A DNA stretch of 64,000 bases from an uncultured Acidobacteriota bacterium (GTDB taxonomy: Bacteria > Acidobacteriota > Thermoanaerobaculia > Gp7-AA8): positions 64,001-128,000 of the forward strand of contig CAVUKB010000007.1 of the NCBI GenBank assembly GCA_963741955.1, written 5' to 3'. The position numbers were made by a program, and so were the translations under genes. Below, in pieces: positions 1-9,992 of the stretch (position 1 is its first letter; each line of letters opens with the position of its first letter). Under the pieces are notes generated by a model, which was not told the origin of the DNA, ran no database searches, and was given only the letters and a program-made list of their open reading frames with translations.

Positions 1-634
1 TCCTCCGCCGCGGTGGCCAAAATGTCCGCGATCTCCTTCTCGAGTTTTGCTTGTTCCTTCTTCATCCGATCGTAGCTCATCGCCTTGTGCTTGCTGGCAT
101 TCGCTCGGACCTTCGACCCGTCGATTGCAATCCTCCCGAGCGTAACTAACCCTGTTTCCTGGGCGGTCCGAATGATCTGGACCAGTAAGGAGCTGAACGC
201 GTCCACATGCTCGAGCCGAAAGTCGCAGATGGTTCGATGCGACGGAAAGTTCCCGGCCGCAAGATACCGGACGGCGACATCTTCATCGATCCGCCGGGCA
301 ATCTTGCGCGAGGAGAACGTTCCCGTCAGGTACGAATAGATGATCAACTTGAGCATCATCCTTGGCTCGTACGGCTGCTTCCGTCTCCCGTCGCCTTTGT
401 ACGGCTCGTAGAATGCACTCAGATCGAGCTGATCGACGATGTCGAAAACGAAGTGCGCCAAGTGACCCTCAGGGAGCCAGTCATATGGCGAGGGCGGAAG
501 CAGCAGCGACTGCTCCGGTCGGTATGGCCTATACGTGGTCGGCATGACCCAATCTTACCATATTATTGTTATTACTAATCATACCCTTTTATCATGTTCC
601 TTTGCCGTGCACCGGTTTTCTACCGCGCAGACTC
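1..634 (-). mobile_element. IS1182-family insertion sequence, left end
   Basis: Transposase, then an AT-rich promoter region (550-600), then TIR TTTCTACCGCGCAGACTC (617-634) followed by CTAG. Confidence 0.85.
3..545 (-). CDS. IS1182-family transposase, N-terminal part (runs off the window edge)
   Basis: Hand translation (not in the ORF track): MPTTYRPYRPEQSLLLPPSPYDWLPEGHLAHFV...YEPRMMLKLIIYSYLTGTFSSRKIARR...NFPSHRTICDFR...IAIDGSKVRANASKHKAMSYDRM. This has the DUF772 region and the first DDE aspartate (IDGSK). Confidence 0.93.
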   Translation of the reverse strand, partial: MPTTYRPYRPEQSLLLPPSPYDWLPEGHLAHFVFDIVDQLDLSAFYEPYKGDGRRKQPYEPRMMLKLIIYSYLTGTFSSRKIARRIDEDVAVRYLAAGNFPSHRTICDFRLEHVDAFSSLLVQIIRTAQETGLVTLGRIAIDGSKVRANASKHKAMSYDRMKKEQAKLEKEIADILATAAE

Positions 635-638
635 CTAG

Positions 639-797
639 GAGTCTGCGCGGTAGAAACTGTCCTACTGCGAAAGCGGATCAACGGTCCAAATCCGCCCGGA
701 TTTTCGGCGAGTAGCCACCGCTACGCACCTCAAATCCGAACGAATTTGTCCTCGTTGCTCCGCTTTCTCGCTACGGACGTTTCTACCGCGCAGACTC
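639..797. mobile_element. 159-bp MITE (family A) sharing the IS1182 TIR
   Basis: Perfect 19-bp TIRs GAGTCTGCGCGGTAGAAAC (639-657) and GTTTCTACCGCGCAGACTC (779-797), flanked by CTAG at 635-638 and 798-801. Confidence 0.88.
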
Positions 798-902
798 CTA
801 GCGGCGAGGAGGGATTCCGCGACGTGATTCGTCCCTCCCGGCGGAGTCGCTGAACCTTCGTCTCCCTCTTCTCTTCGGATCTCATGCGATAATCGCCCGG
901 TT

Positions 903-2411
903 TTGCATCCGATCGATCTCGTCATCATTTTTCTCTACGTCGCGGGCGTCCTGATCGCCGGGGCCTGGTTCGGCCGCCGCCAGCGCTCCACGGCTCACTA
1001 TTTCTTCGCCACTCAGCACGTCCCCTGGTGGGCGGTCGGCGCGTCGATCGTCGCCACCGAGACATCGACCATCAGCTTCATCTCCGTCCCGGGGATCGCA
1101 TACGCACGCGGGGGAAACTTCACCTTTCTCCAACTCGTCTTCGGATATCTCGTGGGACGGGTGATCATCTCCTTCCTCTTCATCCCCTCTTACTTCAAAG
1201 GAAAGCTGACCACCGTCTACGAGCTTCTCCACGGACGCTTCGGACAGGCGGTGACCTCCCTCTCCGCCGCGCTCTTCGTGATCATGCGATCGATCGCGGA
1301 TGGGGTGCGGCTCCTCCTCACCGCGATCGTCCTCGCCGGGGTATACCGGACCTTCGTTCCCTCGGCAAACATGACCTCGGCGTTGACCGGTTCGATCCTC
1401 GCGCTCGGCGTGGTCATGGTGGTTCTCTTCTATCTCGGCGGGATGGAAGCGATCATCTGGGTCGAGTTCGTGCAGCTGTTCATCTACATCGGAGGGGCGA
1501 TCGCTGCGGGCGTCGTGCTCGTGCATGGAATCCCGGGAGGGCTCGGAGCGGCACTCGACATCGGCCACCAGTACGGGAAGTTCCAGCTCCTCGACTTCTC
1601 GGCCAGCCTGACGCGCTCTTTCACGTTCTGGGCAGGAGTGATCGGCGGATGCTTTCTCACCATGAGCACGCACGGAACCGATCAGTTCATGGTTCAGCGC
1701 TATCTCTCGACCGCCGGCCCGCGCCCTGCAGCCGCAGGGCTGCTGACTTCGGCGGTGGTGGTGCTCGTCCAGTTCATCGGATTTCTCTTCCTCGGGGTGC
1801 TTCTGTTCGCGTGGTACGCGCCGTACAAGCTCGCGACGTGGGCCACCGGCAGTCCGGCTGCACCCTTCATCTCACCGGACCAGGTCTTCCCCAACTTCAT
1901 CACCCATCACCTGCCGACCGGCCTGTCGGGACTGGTGGTCGCTGCGATTCTGGCGGCAGCCATGTCGTCGTCGATCAACTCCATCGCGGCGACGGCGATG
2001 TCGGACCTCTACCGCCCGATCTTCCGGGGACGGAGCGACCGGCACTACCTGAACGTCTCGAAGGTTCTGACCATCGTCGCCGGAATCGTGCAGATCGGCG
2101 TTGCGCTCGGAATGGCCGGCATGACTCGCTCGGCACTCGACACCGCCCTTTCGGTCGCGTCGCTGATCAACGGCCCGGTACTCGGAGTCTTCCTCCTCGG
2201 CGCAGCGAAACGGGGCCGGACCACGGCGGCACTGAGCGGAATGACGGCCGGCATCATCGCCGTCGCGGTGGTCTGGCTCGGCACGCCGCTCGCGTGGCCC
2301 TGGTACACCGTGGTGGGGTCCGTCACCACGTTCGCGGTCGGGCTTTTCGTGTCGCTCGTGAAGGGAGAGACGGCGAGCGAGATTGCGCTCGGGACCGGCG
2401 AGGCGGAGTAG
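903..2411 (+). CDS. Sodium:solute symporter (SSS family)
   Basis: About 13 hydrophobic segments; SIVATETSTISFIS, GTDQFMVQRYL and AAAMSSSINS motifs. Confidence 0.9.
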   Translation: MHPIDLVIIFLYVAGVLIAGAWFGRRQRSTAHYFFATQHVPWWAVGASIVATETSTISFISVPGIAYARGGNFTFLQLVFGYLVGRVIISFLFIPSYFKGKLTTVYELLHGRFGQAVTSLSAALFVIMRSIADGVRLLLTAIVLAGVYRTFVPSANMTSALTGSILALGVVMVVLFYLGGMEAIIWVEFVQLFIYIGGAIAAGVVLVHGIPGGLGAALDIGHQYGKFQLLDFSASLTRSFTFWAGVIGGCFLTMSTHGTDQFMVQRYLSTAGPRPAAAGLLTSAVVVLVQFIGFLFLGVLLFAWYAPYKLATWATGSPAAPFISPDQVFPNFITHHLPTGLSGLVVAAILAAAMSSSINSIAATAMSDLYRPIFRGRSDRHYLNVSKVLTIVAGIVQIGVALGMAGMTRSALDTALSVASLINGPVLGVFLLGAAKRGRTTAALSGMTAGIIAVAVVWLGTPLAWPWYTVVGSVTTFAVGLFVSLVKGETASEIALGTGEAE

Positions 2412-2420
2412 GATGCGCGC

Positions 2421-3305
2421 ATGCCGGAGCTGCCGGATGTCGCCGTCTATGTCGATGCGCTGGAAAAGCGGATCTCCGGCCAGACGCTGCTGAACATCCG
2501 CTTCGCAAATCCGTTCGTTCTCCGCACCGTCGAGCCGTCGAAAGAGGAGCTGGTCGGACGCAGAGTGACCGGGCTGCGGAGGATCGGGAAACGGATCGTG
2601 ATCGGGCTCTCCGAGGAGCTCTTCATCGTGATCCATCTGATGATCGCGGGAAGATTCAGATGGCTGGCAGAGGGCGCGAAGATCCCCGGGAAGATCGGTC
2701 TCGCCGCGTTCGATTTTTCCAGTGGTACCCTCGTGCTGACGGAAGCCGGCTCGAAAAGAAGGGCTTCGATCCATTTCATCCGCGGAGTGGATGCTCTCCG
2801 TTCCCTCGACCCGGGCGGTGCCGAAGTGTTCGAGATCTCTCTCGAAGAATTCGCGCGCATCGTGAGGAGGGAGAACCACACCCTCAAGCGGAGCCTCACC
2901 GATCCGCGCAATTTCAGCGGAATCGGTAACGCGTATTCGGATGAGATTCTGTGGGCCGCGCGGCTCTCGCCTCTCGTGCTGACGCAGAAACTCGGAGACG
3001 AAGAGATCGAGCGGCTGTTCAGCGCGACGCGTGCGACGTTGAAGGAGTGGACCGAGCGGTTGCGAGAAGCGTACGGCGGGAAGTTCCCGGAGAAAGTCAC
3101 CGCGTTTCGGGAGGGGATGGCGGTCCACGGGCGTTTTGGTGAGCCGTGTCCGGCGTGCGGAAGCAAAGTGCAGCACATCGTCTATGCCGACAACGAGACG
3201 AACTACTGTGCCCGTTGCCAGACCGGAGGAAAGCTTCTCGCAGACCGCGCGATGTCGCGCCTGCTGCACGGCGACTGGCCTAATTCGATCGACGAGCTCG
3301 AGTGA
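2421..3305 (+). CDS. Fpg/Nei-family DNA glycosylase
   Basis: N-terminal PELPDV, HLMIAGR, H2TH motif SGIGNAYSDEIL, C-terminal zinc finger CPAC...CARCQ. Confidence 0.92.
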   Translation: MPELPDVAVYVDALEKRISGQTLLNIRFANPFVLRTVEPSKEELVGRRVTGLRRIGKRIVIGLSEELFIVIHLMIAGRFRWLAEGAKIPGKIGLAAFDFSSGTLVLTEAGSKRRASIHFIRGVDALRSLDPGGAEVFEISLEEFARIVRRENHTLKRSLTDPRNFSGIGNAYSDEILWAARLSPLVLTQKLGDEEIERLFSATRATLKEWTERLREAYGGKFPEKVTAFREGMAVHGRFGEPCPACGSKVQHIVYADNETNYCARCQTGGKLLADRAMSRLLHGDWPNSIDELE

Positions 3306-3351
3306 AGAACGCGCGCTGCGGAGGGGAAGGAGCGACGTGCGTGCGCAGTGG

Positions 3352-3831
3352 TCAGGATTGCTTCGGCCGCGAGATCGTCCCGGTACGGGCCTCCGTCACA
3401 CGCGCGTAATCGGCGGGATCGAGGAGAATCTGGGTTCCGCGGACTCCCGCAGAAACGGAGATGAGATCCCAATCGAGAGCACTCCGGTCGAGGTAGACCG
3501 GAAACTTCTTTTTCGCACCGAGAACCGTCACGCCTCCGCGGATGTAACCGGTCAGCGGCTGGACCTCCTTGAGGGCGACGGTGTCGACCTTCCGGTCGCC
3601 ACTGAGCTTCGCCAGCGCCTTGAGGTCGAGCTCGAGATCGCCGGGAACCACGGCGAAACAGACTCCGTGCCGGTCGCCGCGTGCGACGAGCGTCTTGAAG
3701 ACCTGTCGTGCCGGGAAGCCGATCTTCGCGGCCACCGCCTCCGCGGAAAGATCGTCGGGATCGACGTCGTACTCGCGGCATTCGTACCGGACACCGAGCG
3801 AGTCGAGAAGGCGTGCTGCATTCGTCTTCAT
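3352..3831 (-). CDS. ybaK: Cys-tRNA(Pro) deacylase YbaK
   Basis: KTNAARLLD, VFKTLV, TGYIRGGV and VSAGVRG motifs. Confidence 0.92.
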   Translation of the reverse strand: MKTNAARLLDSLGVRYECREYDVDPDDLSAEAVAAKIGFPARQVFKTLVARGDRHGVCFAVVPGDLELDLKALAKLSGDRKVDTVALKEVQPLTGYIRGGVTVLGAKKKFPVYLDRSALDWDLISVSAGVRGTQILLDPADYARVTEARTGTISRPKQS

Positions 3832-4655
3832 CCGGTGATTTCCGATGCGGCGAACGCGCCGGCCGTTCCCGCCTCCACGCCGCGGATCCAGTCGCGGAGC
3901 ACCTCAGTCAGGCGCGCCGGCTGTTCCATCACCAGGCCGTGGCCGCAGTCTTCGAACAGCGCGAGCCGTGCTCCGGGGATCCGGCTTGCGAGCTCTTTCG
4001 ACTCGGCGGGAGGGAATGTCACGTCGTGGTCCGCCGCGACGACGAGGGTGGGCGCGGTGATTCGAGGAAGCAGCGGAGTGAGGTCGAGATTCTCGAGCGC
4101 GAGGAGGGAGTCGGCGATTCCGCGGAACCACCAGTCGGGAAGATACGCGACCTGCTGGCGCCGCAGGGCGAGCGTCGCGGCTTCCCGCGTCCGGTAGCTC
4201 TCGCTGAAGGTGTGCGCGGTCAGGATGTCGTAGAGGTTCTGCCGATCCCCGCCGGCCGCTGCATCGAGGCAGGCTTCACGAAGCAGAAGCGTCTTCTCCC
4301 ACATTGCCGGCCGGACGCGATCGGAAGCGGTGATCGCGATGACGGATGCGGTCCGGGAGGGATGCTCGGCTGCGAACTGGAGAGCGACGAATGCGCCGAA
4401 GGAAGTTCCTGCGACGTGTACGCGATCGCAGCCCAGCGAGTCGAGCAGTGCTGCGACGTCCTCCACGTGACCGCCGATGGTGCGAGGAGGATCACCCGGA
4501 GAGAGGAGCTGCCCGCGGAAGTCGCAGCGGATCACACGGTAGTGCGCAGCGAGTGGTGCCGCGATCTCCTCCCACGCCGCGAAGGACATCATCCCTCCGT
4601 TCAGGAGAAGAAGAGCGGGGCCGGTGCCGTCGGATCGGTGAGTCAGAAGTTCCAT
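3828..4655 (-). CDS. Alpha/beta hydrolase
   Basis: DFRGQ, nucleophile elbow GTSFG, acid and His motifs (DHD, CGHG). Confidence 0.88.
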   Translation of the reverse strand: MELLTHRSDGTGPALLLLNGGMMSFAAWEEIAAPLAAHYRVIRCDFRGQLLSPGDPPRTIGGHVEDVAALLDSLGCDRVHVAGTSFGAFVALQFAAEHPSRTASVIAITASDRVRPAMWEKTLLLREACLDAAAGGDRQNLYDILTAHTFSESYRTREAATLALRRQQVAYLPDWWFRGIADSLLALENLDLTPLLPRITAPTLVVAADHDVTFPPAESKELASRIPGARLALFEDCGHGLVMEQPARLTEVLRDWIRGVEAGTAGAFAASEITG

Positions 4656-4854
4656 CAGCGCACTCCTCGTAAAACCGAATGGCGGATCGGTTTTTACCGA
4701 TCATCGGTTCTCGGGTGCGACGTGTCAAGGTGGATCGAGCCGAGCGCCGCACGATCTCGCGGTCGAGCTCGAACGAAATTCGAGCCTTCCGTCCATCGGC
4801 GCGCAGCGGGCGGAGTCACTTCAGTCGCCGGGAGTCCACCTCGCGGCAAAAGCC

Positions 4855-6234
4855 TCAGATCGCAGCGTCCGGCTCGGTCTTGTGCTTCCCGAAGAGAACC
4901 GACTCGTCGATCTCCCCTTCGCTGTGAGCCACCACCAGCGCCGTGACTGCGTCGCTGGTGACGTTCACCGCGGTGCGGGTCATGTCGAGGAGCCGGTCCA
5001 CGGTCCAGATGATCGCGGTGTACGCCACGGGCAGCCCGACCGCCTGAAGGATGATCACCATCATCACCAGTCCGGCGTGAGGAATTCCCGCCGCACCGAT
5101 ACTCACCATCAGTGCGAGGAAGACGATGATCAGCTGGGCGCTGAACGTGAGCGTGAAGTGCGGATCGATCATCGAATGGATCTGGGCGATGAAGATCACG
5201 CTGACGCACTCGTAAAGAGCGGTGCCGTTCATGTTGATCGTCGCGCCGAGCGGGAGAACGAAGCTGGTGACTTCGTTCGAGATTCCTGCACCGTCTTCCG
5301 CCCGCTCCATCGTCACGCCGAGCGTACCGCTGCTGGAGGCGGTCGAAAACGCCGTGAGGAGAGCGGGGGTGAGCACCCGATAAAACTTGATCGGATTCCG
5401 GCGGGTGAGGATGAGCACGAGCAGAGGGAGAGTGATGAAAAGGTGGATCAGAAGCGCCGACAGGACCGTGACCACGTACCAGAGCATGCTGATGAAGATC
5501 TCGGGACCGGTCGTCGCGACCATCCTGCCGATCAGAGCTGCGATGCCGACCGGCGCAAGGGCGATCACGAAACGGGTCATCTTCAGCATGATCTCTCCAC
5601 CCGAGTCGATGAACGCGAGCATCGGAGCCTGCTTCGCTTCGTCGATGCTCAGCAGGAAGATGCCGAAGAGGAGGGTGAAGAAGATCACTCCGATCAGGTC
5701 GAAGTTCGCCGCGGACGCGACGATGTTGTCCGGGACCATCGCCTGGAGCACGGTCCAGAACGATTCGGGAACTGCGGCGCTCACTTCGGCCGCCGCAGGG
5801 AGAGTCAGATGAATGCCGTAGCCGGGACGGATGGTATTCACCAGCAGCAGTCCGGTGACGATCGCGATCAGGCCGGTGAGGAGGTACATGCCGAGCGTCT
5901 TCCACCCGATGCGCCAGAGGCGCTTCATGTTCCCCATTCCCGCCACTCCGCCTGCGAGCGAAAAGAAGACGAGAGGGATGACGATCAGCTTGAGGAGCTT
6001 GAGAAAGATCTCCGCGATCCCCTCGAGGGCCTGATAGAGATCCGTCTTCTCCAGGTTCGCCTTCAGTTTCGTCGCAATGTCGGCGGCATGCGCGGTCACC
6101 TCGGCGCGCGTATACGAGGGGCCGAGCACTTCGACCCGCGCCTCGTGGATGTTCGCGCGATAGATTGCGGTACCGATCAGGGCGCCTGCGAGGACGCCGA
6201 GGAGAACCCACCAGTGGAGACCGATTCTTCGCAT
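4855..6234 (-). CDS. Dicarboxylate/amino acid:cation symporter (DAACS)
   Basis: AFSTASSSGTL, PLGATINMNGT and VDRLLDMTRTAVNV motifs. Confidence 0.93.
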   Translation of the reverse strand: MRRIGLHWWVLLGVLAGALIGTAIYRANIHEARVEVLGPSYTRAEVTAHAADIATKLKANLEKTDLYQALEGIAEIFLKLLKLIVIPLVFFSLAGGVAGMGNMKRLWRIGWKTLGMYLLTGLIAIVTGLLLVNTIRPGYGIHLTLPAAAEVSAAVPESFWTVLQAMVPDNIVASAANFDLIGVIFFTLLFGIFLLSIDEAKQAPMLAFIDSGGEIMLKMTRFVIALAPVGIAALIGRMVATTGPEIFISMLWYVVTVLSALLIHLFITLPLLVLILTRRNPIKFYRVLTPALLTAFSTASSSGTLGVTMERAEDGAGISNEVTSFVLPLGATINMNGTALYECVSVIFIAQIHSMIDPHFTLTFSAQLIIVFLALMVSIGAAGIPHAGLVMMVIILQAVGLPVAYTAIIWTVDRLLDMTRTAVNVTSDAVTALVVAHSEGEIDESVLFGKHKTEPDAAI

Positions 6235-6361
6235 GACGGACGGAACTATAGCAGGAACGTAAACTGCGTTCGAAGCGCCGGCCGTGCGTGCCGCGATCAG
6301 CGAGGCGAATGACGATCCGGTACCCGGTGGGGGGAAGACTCAGGAAGAGCCGACGACATGA

Positions 6362-7630
6362 TCACGATGCCGCGTCGGCGGCGGAGATCACTTTCGCCAG
6401 GACGGCCGCTCTCGCAGGAACGCGCTTCATGTAATGCGTCGTTTCGCTGAGTGACCGGATCAGACCTGCGCGCAGCCGGGTGATGTTGACCTCACCGGCG
6501 TTGTACAGCGCCGCGGTCCACTCGTCCAGTCCGGAGTGCGGAACGCCGAGCCGGGTCGCTTCCTGTTGCTTGGTCGTGAGGTGCTGCGAGAGGAATGCGG
6601 CCATCGCCTGCGGCGAGAATCGAACGTCCAGAACCTTTCCGAGATATTCACCGGCCTCGTATGGATGCTGCTGGATGATCGTGTCCGGCTTCGCGTGGTA
6701 GTGCTGCCGCAGGATCGCATCGCGGCGCGAGGTCAACTGGCGCTGGTACTTGCTCCAGCCGGCCCGCTGCAGGTTTCGCAGGTACCGGTAGTCGCGGCGG
6801 ATCCGGTTCCGGTACCGGATCAGCGAGCGGCGCGATGCCCGATGGTCGATCAGCCGTCCGAGCTCTGCGAGAGCTTCACGGTTGTGCGCGTCGGCCGCGG
6901 TGATGTGGCGGTAAAAGACGTCGTTGGCGACCGGACGAAGCGCTTCGAGCTCGCCCATGCCGACCCGGCGCAGCTTCTGCGCGGACGCGAGAAGCCGCTT
7001 CGCGTTGCGCCGCGTCTTCGCGTCGTTCCTGCGGATCAGCATCGAAGCGATCCGGTCGGCATCGTTGAGAGGCTTCTTCATGATGTACGCACGCGTTCCG
7101 ATCAGATACGCGTTCGTGACGTAAAGCTTCCCGTTCCCTCCCTCAGAGAGGTACGCGGCCGGGGTTGCCTGGGCCAGTCCCGCCGCGCCGGCGGGAGAGA
7201 TCGCCAGGACCTTTCCGCGCGTCTCTGTCCACGCGATCGCGAGGAGGTAGTTCAGGGGGATCGGACTGTTCTGCTGATCGACGGTCGTACGCAACACGTG
7301 AACGAGCTTCGCCGGATGTCGGGTCTTCCACTGCGCCAGCTCGGAGGTGAGGGCCTTCTCGACCGCGGCAGGAGCCGCGTCGGCCGCGGTCTCGGGAGCG
7401 GTCACGTTGGTGATCAGCGGCCGGTTGCCCATCTCGAGTTGAACCGGCGGAGAGGCGGGGCTCGCCTGGTGAACGGCTTCTGATTGCTCGACGCGCACCG
7501 GCGGAGGCGTAGTGTTTCGGCTGCCGAGCGAGGGCATCAGCGCAGTCGCTGCGGTCAGAGCCGCCGTTCCGGCCGCGATTGCGAGGGCGGTCACCAACGT
7601 CCGTCCAGGTGTCTTTCGTCGTCCTTTCAT
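6362..7630 (-). CDS. Exported protein with a split lytic-transglycosylase (SLT)-like domain
   Basis: N-terminal signal/anchor; AIAWTETRG, SPAGAAGLAQ and a distant AALYNAG. Start chosen after the AGGAGG SD. Confidence 0.6.
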   Translation of the reverse strand: MKGRRKTPGRTLVTALAIAAGTAALTAATALMPSLGSRNTTPPPVRVEQSEAVHQASPASPPVQLEMGNRPLITNVTAPETAADAAPAAVEKALTSELAQWKTRHPAKLVHVLRTTVDQQNSPIPLNYLLAIAWTETRGKVLAISPAGAAGLAQATPAAYLSEGGNGKLYVTNAYLIGTRAYIMKKPLNDADRIASMLIRRNDAKTRRNAKRLLASAQKLRRVGMGELEALRPVANDVFYRHITAADAHNREALAELGRLIDHRASRRSLIRYRNRIRRDYRYLRNLQRAGWSKYQRQLTSRRDAILRQHYHAKPDTIIQQHPYEAGEYLGKVLDVRFSPQAMAAFLSQHLTTKQQEATRLGVPHSGLDEWTAALYNAGEVNITRLRAGLIRSLSETTHYMKRVPARAAVLAKVISAADAAS

Positions 7631-7861
7631 CCGCGCGTGCTCCTCCTTTCGCTCTCCGTCGAGCGGCATGGTTCAAGCTTCAACTACTTGAAAAATAAGT
7701 GTCTTTGCCGCGTTACTACTAATAACATACGCGGCCGGCCGACGATTCCAAAAGAGTGCGTTTGGGGCGTCTGGCGCAAGAATGACGAGGCAGGATTTGC
7801 GTGTTATGCAAACTGGGCGAGGCGGGCGCCCAACCCCGAAGCCGAGCGCGTCTCGGGTCGG

Positions 7862-9163
7862 TCAGTGGCCCTCTGCAGCGACCGGCTTATCGAGCTCTTC
7901 GATTGTCGCATCCGAGGCCTGCCGGCTCCGGCGGAGGCGCTCGGCTGTCGCCTCGACGCCGCGCATCACCCGGAGAACGTTCAGTCCGGCGATCTTCTCG
8001 AGATCGGCATCGCTGTAGCCGCGACGCACCAGTTCGGCAAAGAGAAAGGGAAAACGGTCCACTCCTTCCAGTCCCACCGGGGTCGAGCCGATGCCGTCGA
8101 AATCACTCCCGATGCCGATGTGGTCGATCCCAGCGACGTCCCGGAGATGGTCGATGTGGTCGGCGACGTCGCTGAGCGTCGCCCGAGGCATCGGATGCGC
8201 CGTTGTCCACTGGTCCATTTTCTGTTTCACGACATCGGGCTGTCCCTGATAAAGCTCCTCGAGGCGTCCGCGCTCCGCGTGTTGGTCGCCCACCCAGAGC
8301 CGGAGCGCCTCGGAGTCGAACGAGGGTACGAACGTCACCATCACTACGCCGCCGTTCTTCGCCACTTTCCGGAGAACTTCATCGGGGACGTTGCGAGGAT
8401 GATTCGTGAGCGCACGCGTGGACGAATGCGAAAAAATGACCGGAGCCTCCGTCGTCTCGAGCGCATCGGACATCGTCTCGGGAGAGGTATGAGAGAGATC
8501 GACGATCATCCCGAGCCGGTTCATTTCCTTCACCACTTCGCGTCCGAATGGAGTGAGGCCGTGATGGACGGGAGTGTCGGTGGCCGAGTCCGCCCATTCG
8601 GTGTTCTTCGAATGCGTGAGGGTCATGTACCGCCCCCCGAGCCGGTAGAGGTCGCGGAGGACCGCAAGGGAGTGGTCGATCGAGTGACCACCCTCGACGC
8701 CGATGAGCGAAGCGATCTTTCCTTCGCGATGGATCCGCTCCACGTCGTTGGCGGTCAGCGCCATCTCCAGCTGGCCTGGGTATGCGGCAGTCATCCGGTG
8801 CACCAGATCCATCTGCTCGAGCACCGCCTGGACCGCGCTCGCTCCTTCGAGCTCGACGGGGACGTAGACGGACCAGAACTGCGCTCCCACTTCCCCGTTC
8901 CGGAGACGCCCGAGATCGGTCATCAGAGGCTTTTCGAGTTTCGACGTGTCGCTCCGGAGATCGATTTTCGAGAGGTGCGAGTCGAATTGCGTGCGGATCT
9001 CCCATGGAAGATCGTTGTGTCCGTCGATGAGTGGAACCTGATGCAGAATGGACCGCGCATGTTCCAGCATGGCCGGTGTCGGAACGGGAGCGGCCGGCTG
9101 CGCTCCGGCAGGCGGAAGGAATCCGAAGACGGACAGCAGCAGCAGAGAGACGACTCGCTTCAT
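7862..9163 (-). CDS. Membrane dipeptidase (peptidase M19), secreted
   Basis: Signal peptide; IDGHND, GVEGGH, DLSH, FSHSS and GIGSDFDG motifs. Confidence 0.94.
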   Translation of the reverse strand: MKRVVSLLLLSVFGFLPPAGAQPAAPVPTPAMLEHARSILHQVPLIDGHNDLPWEIRTQFDSHLSKIDLRSDTSKLEKPLMTDLGRLRNGEVGAQFWSVYVPVELEGASAVQAVLEQMDLVHRMTAAYPGQLEMALTANDVERIHREGKIASLIGVEGGHSIDHSLAVLRDLYRLGGRYMTLTHSKNTEWADSATDTPVHHGLTPFGREVVKEMNRLGMIVDLSHTSPETMSDALETTEAPVIFSHSSTRALTNHPRNVPDEVLRKVAKNGGVVMVTFVPSFDSEALRLWVGDQHAERGRLEELYQGQPDVVKQKMDQWTTAHPMPRATLSDVADHIDHLRDVAGIDHIGIGSDFDGIGSTPVGLEGVDRFPFLFAELVRRGYSDADLEKIAGLNVLRVMRGVEATAERLRRSRQASDATIEELDKPVAAEGH

Positions 9164-9206
9164 CGAAAGACCTCCTGATTGGACTCGGCCGCCATTGTAG
9201 ACCTCA

Positions 9207-9376
9207 GGACTTCTGCTGCGGAGCGCGATCCGGGCCTCTCTGCGGGGTCAGACGACGATGTTGCTCCTCAAGGTAGTGCAGCGATGACGCCTCGTCGCAA
9301 GATCGCCATCTTCCTTGCATCCATCCCCCTTTGCGGGATCGCACTCCTCGCGACGAAATCCCGTGAATGATCCGGG
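9207..9376. repeat. MITE family C copy
   Basis: Left GGACTTCTGCTGCGGAGCGCGATCCG and right CGACGAAATCCCGTGAATGATCCGGG-CTAG; matches 30614-30688, 37775-37832, 13461-13503 and 56322-56359. Confidence 0.7.
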
Positions 9377-9417
9377 CTAGAATGCGGAACAGCAACACGA
9401 TCGAACGGTCCTCGCCC

Positions 9418-9924
9418 GTGAAACAGATCTCAGACTGCACAGGGATTCTCGACTGGATCCCCTCGAGCGCGCTTCGTCGCGACAGCGTCCTGCGTCACGC
9501 AGACGACGTTTATGCGGAGCTTCAGTGGAAGCGCTCCTTCGGTGCGATCGCGGAGGCGGAGACTTTCGAAGCGAAGTGGTCGCTGAAGCTGGAGGGATTT
9601 CTCTTCCGGCAGTGGGTCACGATCCGGAAGCCCGGCGAGTCGATGCCGGTGGCGATGTTCCAGGCCTCTCCCAGCTTCAACGGCACACTCGAGTTTCCCG
9701 ACGGACATCGCTACCACTGGGACTCGAACTTCTGGCTCACCCGGTGGATCTGGAGCGATACACGCGGAATGGAGCTGATCCGCATGCAGCGCCATCTCTC
9801 GCTCCGGACCGAAGGGTGCGTCGAAGTGGTGTCCGACGAGAGTATCGGCAACCCGGACCTCCCGCTCCTCACGGTCCTCGGGTGGTACCTGATCGTTCTG
9901 GTGACGGACCTCAGACCAGGATGA
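9418..9924 (+). CDS. Hypothetical protein (Trp-rich, predicted mostly beta)
   Basis: Protein-like ORF filling the gap; start uncertain (9382 or 9418). Confidence 0.7.
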   Translation: MKQISDCTGILDWIPSSALRRDSVLRHADDVYAELQWKRSFGAIAEAETFEAKWSLKLEGFLFRQWVTIRKPGESMPVAMFQASPSFNGTLEFPDGHRYHWDSNFWLTRWIWSDTRGMELIRMQRHLSLRTEGCVEVVSDESIGNPDLPLLTVLGWYLIVLVTDLRPG

Positions 9925-9992
9925 GGGAGGGAGGCGGCGACCGGCGCGCTCGTCCGGCCGCCCGCGCCTGATGCGAGGTAGAATGTTCGCCG

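Noticed and set aside
85-928. ORF-track calls over the IS and MITE
   Set aside because: They are antisense to the transposase or read through non-coding repeat sequence.
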